DNA of 64,000 bases. It comes from Bacteroidales bacterium (GTDB lineage Bacteria > Bacteroidota > Bacteroidia > Bacteroidales > WCHB1-69). Positions 1 through 6,896 of this stretch are shown here, one piece after another. The notes under the pieces are model-generated. The model saw only the letters and a list, made by a program, of their open reading frames with translations. It was not told the origin of the DNA and did not search any database. The translations under genes and the position numbers were made by a program. The first letter of the stretch is position 1. Each line of letters opens with the position of its first letter. Location of the stretch: positions 92,205 to 156,204 of the forward strand of contig JAGCFD010000035.1 of NCBI GenBank assembly GCA_017650305.1, given 5' to 3'.

Positions 1-753
1 ACAAACCACATGCGGCATGGAATATCCTTTTACAGATGCAATCTTCTGCAAAATGGTGTCCGCCACGAATGGAATGGTGGAATGGGCCCAATGTGTGCCG
101 TATTTGGTGTAAACAGGATAAGGAGCTGTCTTCTTTAGTTTTTTGAATATAGGGATGAAATTGATGTGCTCGACACCTGCTTGCTCATATAGTTTCGCAT
201 ATTCTTCCTGAATGGAGAATGGATAATGCTCTTTTTGGATGTCCTCAGGTAAGTATTCCGGATAAATCAACGGTTTTGATGGCGCCAAAATCACGATAAT
301 GTCAGTGCCGAATTGTTTGAGAGAATCTATGATACGACAAGTCTCCTCAACATTCTGCTTCATCGCTATCCGGGCACTATCCTCAGTGCCATAATTGTCA
401 CGAAGAGTCTTGCCTATGTAAACGTCTGTGTATTGTCTCAAGTACAGCTCTTGTTGTTTCCCTATTACGATGTTGTTATTCGTACTTTGCTGGAAAAGAC
501 TGTGAATGAATTGGTTGTATGTTCTAATATAGGAGTTCCTGAACCCGAAATTTTGCTGAAGATATTGCTGAACATACTCTTGATAACTTTGGTCACGATA
601 GCTGTTTAAAGTGAGTTTTACAGGTTTTATGGGCGCGGTGTATCCATCCAGCTCCCGCGATTTGAAAACATGACCCACGTGCTGGACCAAGGGGAGGCAC
701 AAGGCGCTCATCAGAATCACAAAAAGGATAGTATGTAAACAGGGCTTTTTCAT
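1..753 (-). CDS. AlgJ/AlgX/PatB-like SGNH-type O-acetyltransferase partner protein (partial; 3' end runs off the window)
   Basis: Missing from the ORF track because it has no stop in the window. The reverse frame matching plus-strand triplets from nt 1 contains no TTA/CTA/TCA, so it is open from 753 down to 1. The ATG at 753-751 shares one base with the stop of the upstream MBOAT gene (TGATG). Translation starts MKKPCLHTILFVILMSALCLPLVQ (signal/anchor) and contains ...VILAPSKP... and ...YTKYGTHWAHS..., as in the periplasmic partners of MBOAT acetyltransferases. Confidence 0.6.
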   Translation of the reverse strand, partial: MKKPCLHTILFVILMSALCLPLVQHVGHVFKSRELDGYTAPIKPVKLTLNSYRDQSYQEYVQQYLQQNFGFRNSYIRTYNQFIHSLFQQSTNNNIVIGKQQELYLRQYTDVYIGKTLRDNYGTEDSARIAMKQNVEETCRIIDSLKQFGTDIIVILAPSKPLIYPEYLPEDIQKEHYPFSIQEEYAKLYEQAGVEHINFIPIFKKLKKTAPYPVYTKYGTHWAHSTIPFVADTILQKIASVKGYSMPHVVC

Positions 754-2168
754 CAGAACCGGAAATAGATAAATGGGTTAAAGTCCGAGACCGCGAGTGC
801 ACCAACAGACAGGAAAAACACAATGAGCGATGTTGCAAAAAGAATGATGGAAGAAACCTTGGAGGTGGCGTCGTTGAAAAACAATCCCATCCATTTGTCG
901 CCGAACTTCAGGGCAGGCAAGAAGGAGAAAAGGATGGCCAATGCGAAAAACAGTTGGCCTTGATTCGAAACGGTGGCGCTATCGCCAGGGCGGAATGCGA
1001 ACAACGCCTGATAATAGTCAAGGGCCCCGCTGACCGTGTCAGCGCGAAAGATTACCCATCCCAACACAACCACTAGGAAAGTGAGTAGGATGGATGGATA
1101 CCGACCGACTTTTTTCAGTACATCCAGCATAAAGAGCCGATCCAATATTAGGAACGTGCCATGAAAAACACCCCATAACACGAAGTTCCAGGATGCACCA
1201 TGCCATAAACCAGAAATCAGGAATACGAGCCATAAGTTGAAAAAGGTGCGACCTTTGGATATCCGATTTCCACCCAGCGGGATGTAGAGATACTCTTTCA
1301 TGAACCCACCCAAAGTGATGTGCCAACGCCGCCAGAACTCGCTGATACTTTGGCTGATATATGGAACGTTGAAGTTCTCGCTGAAACGAAAGCCTAACAT
1401 TCTGCCAATGCCGATGGCCATGTCTGAATAACCAGAAAAGTCAAAATAGATCTGGAAAGTGTATGCGAGGATTCCAATCCAGGCTGTGCCCGATGACATG
1501 GTCTGGAAATTCATGGCGAACACCTCATCGGCCAAAATGCCCAGTGTGTTGGCTATCAGAACTTTCTTCCCTAATCCAGTGGTGAAACGTCGAAACCCTT
1601 CCACTCTGCCAGCTATGGGAATCTCTCTTTCTACAAGTTGCTCTGCAATGGTGTTGTATCGGATGATAGGACCGGCAATCAGTTGCGGGAAGAGGGAGAT
1701 GTAGAGCATGTAATCATACCAACGCTGCAAAGGCTCTGATACCTTGCGATAAACATCTACAGTATAGCTGATAGATTGAAATGTGAAGAAGGAAATGCCG
1801 ATAGGGAGAGCTATCCGGGCGAATTGTAGTGTGGGGTGGTGCGTTATGTCTAGCAGTGCATTCAAGTTGTCCATGAAGAAGTTCATGTACTTGAAATATC
1901 CTAGCAGACCTATATTCAGAATTAACGATAAAGTAAGCCAAATTTTCCTCGGTTTTGCCTCAATGGTGTCGTGCATTTTCCTTGTGATTAGAAAATTGCA
2001 AACCATTGAAATAATAAAGATGAGAAAAAAGTCGGGTGCGCCCCATGCATAAAATGCCAAGGATGCAATTAGCAGCACGAAGTTCTTAGCCCCTTTAGGT
2101 ACTATATAATATATCAATAGCACGACAGGGAGGAAGTAAAAAAGGAATTCTATGCTACTAAAAACCAT
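753..2168 (-). CDS. MBOAT-family membrane O-acyltransferase (AlgI/DltB/PatA-like)
   Basis: 471-aa ORF with an ATG start. The N-terminus MVFSSIEFLFYFLPVVLLIYY..., the polytopic membrane profile and the ...FWRRWHITLGGFMKEYLYIPLGGNR...GLWHGASWNF... block are typical of AlgI/DltB MBOAT proteins. Confidence 0.9.
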   Translation of the reverse strand: MVFSSIEFLFYFLPVVLLIYYIVPKGAKNFVLLIASLAFYAWGAPDFFLIFIISMVCNFLITRKMHDTIEAKPRKIWLTLSLILNIGLLGYFKYMNFFMDNLNALLDITHHPTLQFARIALPIGISFFTFQSISYTVDVYRKVSEPLQRWYDYMLYISLFPQLIAGPIIRYNTIAEQLVEREIPIAGRVEGFRRFTTGLGKKVLIANTLGILADEVFAMNFQTMSSGTAWIGILAYTFQIYFDFSGYSDMAIGIGRMLGFRFSENFNVPYISQSISEFWRRWHITLGGFMKEYLYIPLGGNRISKGRTFFNLWLVFLISGLWHGASWNFVLWGVFHGTFLILDRLFMLDVLKKVGRYPSILLTFLVVVLGWVIFRADTVSGALDYYQALFAFRPGDSATVSNQGQLFFALAILFSFLPALKFGDKWMGLFFNDATSKVSSIILFATSLIVFFLSVGALAVSDFNPFIYFRF

Positions 2169-2228
2169 TGCCGAGAAATCAATTCTTCAATTCAGTTGGG
2201 ATCTTAATATCCCTTTTCATATTTGGTG

Positions 2229-2236
2229 CAAAAATA
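2229..2236 (-). promoter_or_regulatory. Bacteroidetes -7 promoter box (TATTTTTG) for the MBOAT operon
   Basis: Reverse strand reads TATTTTTG, matching TAnnTTTG, 61 nt upstream of the ATG at 2168. Confidence 0.4.
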
Positions 2237-2322
2237 CAAAAAATATTTGCGTAGAAAGAATAGTGAAAACTCTTCCTCAATATGCTAATGGCGCATTCGC
2301 CTATACAGACCAAATATTTTAC

Positions 2323-2330
2323 TATCTTTG
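2323..2330 (+). promoter_or_regulatory. Bacteroidetes -7 promoter box (TATCTTTG) for the hemolysin-III gene
   Basis: TATCTTTG lies 24 nt upstream of the ATG at 2354 and inside the longer 2282 ORF. This argues for the 2354 start. Confidence 0.45.
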
Positions 2331-2353
2331 CCCATTCAAAAATCTTGAATATA

Positions 2354-3031
2354 ATGCCTCTAAAAAGAACTCCATTGTCCGAAAGGCCCTTGCCTAATTA
2401 CTCCCATAAGGAAGAAATGATGAATATGTATAGTCATCTTTTCGGTGTGTTATGTGCACTGGTGATGTTGGGAATAGCCATTGTCGCCGCCCGCCAAAAC
2501 CCGCAACCATACGCGATGGCAAGTGGCGTGGTGTATGTGTTGTCTGTCTTGGCGATGTTTGTCGCTTCAAGTAGTTATCACGGTCTTCCCAAAGGATTGC
2601 CCAAACAGATAATGCGTGTCGTGGACCATTGTATTATCTTCATAACCATTGCGGGCACATATACTCCCATAACATTGTTGGGAATCAGGCAAGTTAACCC
2701 GACAATGGCGTGGTCTATTTTAGCTGTCGAATGGGGACTGGCTGTCATCGGGGTCATACTGAATGCCATAGACCTAAATAGGTATTCTAAAATTTCTATG
2801 GCTTGCTATTTAGGAATGGGTTGGTGTGTTATCATCAGTCTTAAACCGGCGATACAAGCGATGACACTCCCCGGATTCATGTGGATCTTGGGCGGCGGTA
2901 TCGCCTACACAATCGGAGCGATACTGTATAATGTTGGCAAGAAAAAACCCTTCAGACATGCTGTATTTCACATCTTTGTCCTGCTGGGTGTGTTGATACA
3001 GTTTGTCGGAGTGTGGAAATATCTTCTATAG
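2354..3031 (+). CDS. Hemolysin III / PAQR-family membrane protein
   Basis: The ORF 2282..3031 contains ...SHKEEMMNMYSHLFG..., ...SSSYHGLP..., ...VDHCIIFITIAGTYTPI... and a seven-TM profile. I prefer the Met25 start (2354) because of the promoter box at 2323 and the typical family length of about 225 aa. Confidence 0.85.
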   Translation: MPLKRTPLSERPLPNYSHKEEMMNMYSHLFGVLCALVMLGIAIVAARQNPQPYAMASGVVYVLSVLAMFVASSSYHGLPKGLPKQIMRVVDHCIIFITIAGTYTPITLLGIRQVNPTMAWSILAVEWGLAVIGVILNAIDLNRYSKISMACYLGMGWCVIISLKPAIQAMTLPGFMWILGGGIAYTIGAILYNVGKKKPFRHAVFHIFVLLGVLIQFVGVWKYLL

Positions 3032-3037
3032 AGAAGG

Positions 3038-4018
3038 TTATTCTTCGGTTGGCAGCGCCTTGAAGCCCTGCCCCATGATTTCGGCACTGTCAATCAGATT
3101 GACGAAGGCGGTGGGGTCAATGCGGTGGAGGTTGTCTTTCAATTTCACCAAGTCTGCACGGTCGAGCGAAACATAGATCATGTTGCGCTCTGCTCCAGCA
3201 TAGAGCCCTTTCCCTACAAACAGAGTGCCGCCCCGTTTCATCTCATGGATGACAAACTCACGCATTTCCTCCACATTGTTGGTGACAATGAAGGCTGTTT
3301 TGTAGGACTTGAATCCCTCCACAATAAGGTCTATTATCTTTCCCTCGATATAAATCAAGAGGATAGAGTAGATGGGCAACCGAAACTGTTTGAAGGCGAT
3401 GAGTGTAGTGAGCGTGATGATAGAATCCACCACCATGACCAATGTTCCTAAAGAGATCTTGGTGTACTTGTGGATAATCATTGAAATAATGTCGCTGCCT
3501 CCTGAGGTTGCGCCAGATTTGAAGATCAGACCGATGGCGATACCGTAGATGAGACCTGCCACTACCGTATTTAGAAAATAGTCGGGCATAAAGAACATTT
3601 CACTGTGGGGGATTTGCACCATGTTGGGCAAATGCTCGGAGGCAGAAACAATACCTTCGTGAATGACAGGATTGTATCCCCAAAAAGTCTCTATTATCCA
3701 AGTGAAAGCGAAAATCATGATGGTGGAAAGCACGGTCTTGAATCCGAATTTAGGCCCTAAAATCCAAGTGCCGATAAGTAGCAAAGGGATGTCCATACAG
3801 ATGGCGTAATAACTGATTTTCCAAGGCCAAACAGTGTTCAGGACGTTAGACAGACCATAGGTTCCACCAGGAGCCAAGAGATATGGGTTGACAAACATGA
3901 CGTCACCAACTGCAAAAAGGAAACTTCCTGCAACAAGCATTAAGTATGCGATGATCAAGTCTTTTGCTTTGTTTTTTCGCTCCATTGTATTTTCGTTTTT
4001 GAGACTGCGAAAATACAT
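3038..4018 (-). CDS. YitT-family membrane protein (DUF2179 C-terminal domain)
   Basis: 326-aa ORF with ...LAPGGTYGLSNVL..., ...SGATSGGSDIISMIIHK... and a C-terminal soluble domain ...FIVTNNVEEMREFVIHEMKRGGTLF.... An alternative start at 3985 (MERKNK...) is equally plausible. Confidence 0.8.
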   Translation of the reverse strand: MYFRSLKNENTMERKNKAKDLIIAYLMLVAGSFLFAVGDVMFVNPYLLAPGGTYGLSNVLNTVWPWKISYYAICMDIPLLLIGTWILGPKFGFKTVLSTIMIFAFTWIIETFWGYNPVIHEGIVSASEHLPNMVQIPHSEMFFMPDYFLNTVVAGLIYGIAIGLIFKSGATSGGSDIISMIIHKYTKISLGTLVMVVDSIITLTTLIAFKQFRLPIYSILLIYIEGKIIDLIVEGFKSYKTAFIVTNNVEEMREFVIHEMKRGGTLFVGKGLYAGAERNMIYVSLDRADLVKLKDNLHRIDPTAFVNLIDSAEIMGQGFKALPTEE

Positions 4019-4093
4019 ATTTTACCTACATGAAAAGCCTGTTGTTTCTTTTGCTTATTTGTTTTGGGAAAAAAGAGAAGGGATGCTGGCAGA

Positions 4094-5524
4094 TTATAAG
4101 GAGGAATCTGAAATGTCATCCATATATAGTCCGAAACCGTTCAAGATGGGGCATGCTTTTGAAGCAGTGATACGTATGCGAATTTTGCTGGTTGTGCAGG
4201 TTGGAATTCGAAGAATACGCTTGTATCCAATGGTGCTACCTTTACCGACAGTGTGCCATTTTCCTGATTCATCTTGTGTGTCAACCTCGAATGCGCTTAT
4301 GCGTTGCCCTAAGGGAATGAATTCCTGTATCATCACGCGATTAAAGGTTCTGGACTCAGGAAGGGAAACGACAATCTCGGCGGTTTGGTGCTTGTCGTCA
4401 GGTGCCCAGTAGCTATAATAGTCACTGTCGAGTATGTTGATGGCTGAGAACCTTGATCCCCATCCACGCGTGTTGTCCGCCTTGGCCGTGGCGTCTTTAG
4501 CCAAGTTGTTAGTGAAGATATGGTCTAAAGCAGCCCGGAACTCCATGAGGCGCAGAGAGTCTTTTTTGGCTATTTGTCCCCGCGTGTCCGGCGGCACATT
4601 CAGCAGCAACAAAGAATTGCGTCCGACACTGGTATAATAGATGTCCAACAGTTGTTTTACACTCTTCGGTTCCTCATTGTCGCGGTAAAACCATCCGTCA
4701 TGCAGGGAGATGTCCGTTTCAGCGGGAACCCAGCTGCGCCCGTGAATCTCACCGGGGTTTAGTGTGTCCTCCGAGGGGGAATTGGAGGGTGAAAAACCGT
4801 CAATAGTCATCGTGGACCAGCAGGTTTCTCCTGCATGACCTTGTTCGTTGCCAACCCATCGACATCCAGGGCCGATATTGCTGAACATGATGGCGTTGGG
4901 CTGTAATTCAGTAACCTTTTGGAAAAATGATTGCCAGTCATATACCTGTTTTTTGCCGTTGGGACCTTCTCCGCATGCTCCGTCAAACCATTGCTCGAAA
5001 ATTGGTCCGTAGTCGGAGAGTGCGCTCTCGAGGGTTTGCAAGAATACTTGGTTGTACTCGGCGGTGCCGTAATGTGGGTCGTGCCGATCCCATGGCGAAA
5101 TGTAAATGCCGAAAGCCAATCCACCCTCTGCGCACGCATCTGATAACTCGCGTAGCATATCACCCTTGCCATCTTGCCAAGAACATTCCCTGACGGTATG
5201 ACTGCTGACAGGATTTGGCCATAAACAAAAACCGTCGTGATGTTTGGCCGTGATGATGATACCCTTAAAGCCGGTCTTTTGGGCGGTCTCAACCCATTGC
5301 CTACAGTTCAGGTCTGTGGGGTTGAAGATGTCTTCAGGCTCCTCCCCAGTGCCCCATTCCAAGCCAGTGAATGTGTTTGGCCCAAAATGTACAAACATGT
5401 TCATCTCCATCTGCTGCCAGGCAATCTGCTGTTTTGTCGGGACAGGCCCATAAGGTTCGGGTGTGTTAAACCTGCAACCAGCAAATAATAGAAGTAATAA
5501 GAATGTGAATCCGCAATATCTCAT
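4094..5524 (-). CDS. Alpha-L-fucosidase (GH29) lipoprotein with C-terminal F5/8 type C-like domain
   Basis: 476 aa. The signal ends in LFAGC (lipobox). The GH29 block reads ...MFVHFGPNTFTGLEWG...GFKGIIITAKHHDGFCLWPN.... The C-terminal part of about 130 aa looks like a discoidin-type carbohydrate-binding module. Confidence 0.85.
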   Translation of the reverse strand: MRYCGFTFLLLLLFAGCRFNTPEPYGPVPTKQQIAWQQMEMNMFVHFGPNTFTGLEWGTGEEPEDIFNPTDLNCRQWVETAQKTGFKGIIITAKHHDGFCLWPNPVSSHTVRECSWQDGKGDMLRELSDACAEGGLAFGIYISPWDRHDPHYGTAEYNQVFLQTLESALSDYGPIFEQWFDGACGEGPNGKKQVYDWQSFFQKVTELQPNAIMFSNIGPGCRWVGNEQGHAGETCWSTMTIDGFSPSNSPSEDTLNPGEIHGRSWVPAETDISLHDGWFYRDNEEPKSVKQLLDIYYTSVGRNSLLLLNVPPDTRGQIAKKDSLRLMEFRAALDHIFTNNLAKDATAKADNTRGWGSRFSAINILDSDYYSYWAPDDKHQTAEIVVSLPESRTFNRVMIQEFIPLGQRISAFEVDTQDESGKWHTVGKGSTIGYKRILRIPTCTTSKIRIRITASKACPILNGFGLYMDDISDSSL

Positions 5525-5553
5525 ATTGATTCTTGTGCTGAAACTTCAAGCGG

Positions 5554-5561
5554 CAAATGTA
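5554..5561 (-). promoter_or_regulatory. -7 promoter box (TACATTTG) for the fucosidase gene
   Basis: Reverse strand reads TACATTTG, 30 nt upstream of the ATG at 5524. Confidence 0.4.
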
Positions 5562-5621
5562 AAGAATATTTCGATATCTCTGTACGAAAAAGAAGAGTGT
5601 AGATGAGTGTGTTGTAAATGA

Positions 5622-5651
5622 AAAGATGACGCACACAAGTGCGTCATCTTT
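5622..5651 (-). terminator. Rho-independent terminator downstream of tRNA-Gln
   Basis: Perfect 13-bp inverted repeat AAAGATGACGCAC-ACAA-GTGCGTCATCTTT starting 12 nt after the tRNA 3' end. On the reverse strand the hairpin runs into TTTTCATTT. Confidence 0.6.
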
Positions 5652-5662
5652 CGTTTAATCAG

Positions 5663-5733
5663 TTGCCCCGATAGGATTCGAACCCATACAAACAGAACCA
5701 GAATCTGCGGTGCTACCATTACACAACAGGGCA
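5663..5733 (-). tRNA. tRNA-Gln (anticodon CTG)
   Basis: Cloverleaf folded by hand. Acceptor TGCCCTG/CGGGGCA (U1-A72). D-stem GTGT/GCAC. Anticodon stem GCAGA/TCTGT with loop TTCTGGT (anticodon CTG). T-arm ATGGG-TTCGAAT-CCTAT. Discriminator A. CCA is not encoded. Confidence 0.9.
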
Positions 5734-5749
5734 AGCGTGAAAAGGTGCG

Positions 5750-5757
5750 CAAAAATA
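5750..5757 (-). promoter_or_regulatory. -7 promoter box (TATTTTTG) for tRNA-Gln
   Basis: Reverse strand reads TATTTTTG, ending 17 nt upstream of the mature tRNA 5' end. Confidence 0.5.
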
Positions 5758-5810
5758 CAATTTTTTTCGTATCCTGCGCACCTTGCGTTATTTTTTTTGA
5801 TTTTTTTCTG

Positions 5811-6833
5811 TTATGAGACGAAGACCACTTCGTACCAGAGGTATCCACTTACGATAACTTCCTTGTAGTAAACATTATCCACTTTGTAGTAGAGGTTGCC
5901 GTCCAGGACAATTTCCTCGTAAGTGCTGGGGAGTTCTGCCACGCGGGCTCCGATAGGAGGTGCTACAACTTCGTAATCAACCTTGTTGGAGTGACGTCTG
6001 TAGAAGGTTCCGTCGTCGTAATAGTAGCTTACATTGTTATAGACTATGATGATGGGTCTCCAGGTGTTGAATATGCTGTAGGCGATCACGGCTCCGAGCG
6101 GCGGGCGGCAGATGATGTAGCGGCCATTGATGTAGCGGCAGAAGACGCTGTTGTAGAAGTAGTAGGGCACACCATGATAGTAAACCGGACGGATGCGCGG
6201 AGGAATGTACATGTAGTGTCCGAAGTTGTGGTAGTTAGGGTGCATGTAGGGATGATATTTAGGCGCATTCGGGTTGTTGTGATTCGGAGCGGGTGCCGGT
6301 TGCGGCTGCGGATGACCTTGCTCGTTGTAACCTCTGGGATTGCTGGTGTGAGCGGTGGAGTTGGACTCCCTGGCTGATGTCGCGTTGGCGGCCGGAGTGC
6401 CCGTAGTGGTACGGGAAGTCGAGGTAGTTGTGGAAGTCGTCACTTGTCTCGCAGAAGCATTGGTGGCAGGCTTTGCTGTGGAAGTGGAGGTGGCAGGTCT
6501 TGCCGTGGTGGAAGAAGCAGGTCTAGCTGTGCTGGAAGAAGCAGGTCTTGCCGTGCTGGTAGTAGTTCTGGAAGAGGAGTTGGCCGGAACCGTGGTAGGC
6601 CTTGTATTGGTAGTGTTGGTGATAGTCTGAGCTCTTTGATAACTGCTGTTGGCCTTGTTCAGCTGTACATCGCCTTTCTTTACCTGACGAGCAGCTTGGC
6701 TCGACGCGCTGGATGTGGTTTGTGTCCGACTACTTGAAGTAGTTTGCCGTGCAGCGGGATTCTGACCCATAACCTCTGTTGTGGCCAAACCTACCATGCA
6801 GAGTACGCACAACATTGCAATTAACTTTTTCAT
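5811..6833 (-). CDS. Secreted low-complexity protein: Thr/Ser/Ala/Arg/Pro repeats, a His/Tyr/Pro block and a Tyr-rich C-terminal domain (function unknown)
   Basis: 340 aa with an ATG start and signal peptide MKKLIAMLCVLCMVGLATTEVMG. It contains (S/T)TARPAS-type repeats, then ...HPQPQPAPAPNHNNPNAPKYHPYMHPNYHNFGHYMY..., then ...YYYDDGTFYRR...YEVVAPPIGARVAELP...GNLYYKVDNVYYKEV.... Confidence 0.75.
   Translation of the reverse strand: MKKLIAMLCVLCMVGLATTEVMGQNPAARQTTSSSRTQTTSSASSQAARQVKKGDVQLNKANSSYQRAQTITNTTNTRPTTVPANSSSRTTTSTARPASSSTARPASSTTARPATSTSTAKPATNASARQVTTSTTTSTSRTTTGTPAANATSARESNSTAHTSNPRGYNEQGHPQPQPAPAPNHNNPNAPKYHPYMHPNYHNFGHYMYIPPRIRPVYYHGVPYYFYNSVFCRYINGRYIICRPPLGAVIAYSIFNTWRPIIIVYNNVSYYYDDGTFYRRHSNKVDYEVVAPPIGARVAELPSTYEEIVLDGNLYYKVDNVYYKEVIVSGYLWYEVVFVS
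6463..6566 (-). repeat. Degenerate 24-27 bp tandem coding repeat (about 4 units) encoding STARPAS(S)
   Basis: The plus strand shows ...ggaagaagcaggtctagctgtgct / ggaagaagcaggtcttgccgtgct... with flanking diverged units. The protein reads TSTARPASSSTARPASSTTARPATSTSTAKPAT. Confidence 0.7.
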
Positions 6834-6896
6834 AGCGATATTATTTTTGATTGTGAAACAATACGAAACGTAAGACCGCCTATGTACCCCTGAAGT

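Noticed and set aside
313-838. ORF-track entries 313-609 (+) and 593-838 (-).
   Set aside because: Both are overlapped by the open reverse-strand frame 1-753, which encodes an AlgJ-like protein translationally coupled to the MBOAT gene. 593-838 is out of frame with both real genes.
3888-4412. A 174-aa plus-strand ORF bridging the yitT start, the intergenic spacer and the fucosidase 3' end.
   Set aside because: It overlaps two well-supported reverse-strand genes, has no motifs and has an implausible composition.
6355-6737. Plus-strand ORFs 6355-6630 and 6444-6737, and similarly 34052-34411, 34336-34731 and 34893-35201, rich in V/E/A/G or C/S/R.
   Set aside because: These are antisense read-outs of the low-complexity Thr/Ser/Ala/Arg coding repeats on the reverse strand. 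The reverse-strand genes have signal peptides, ATG starts and an operon context.
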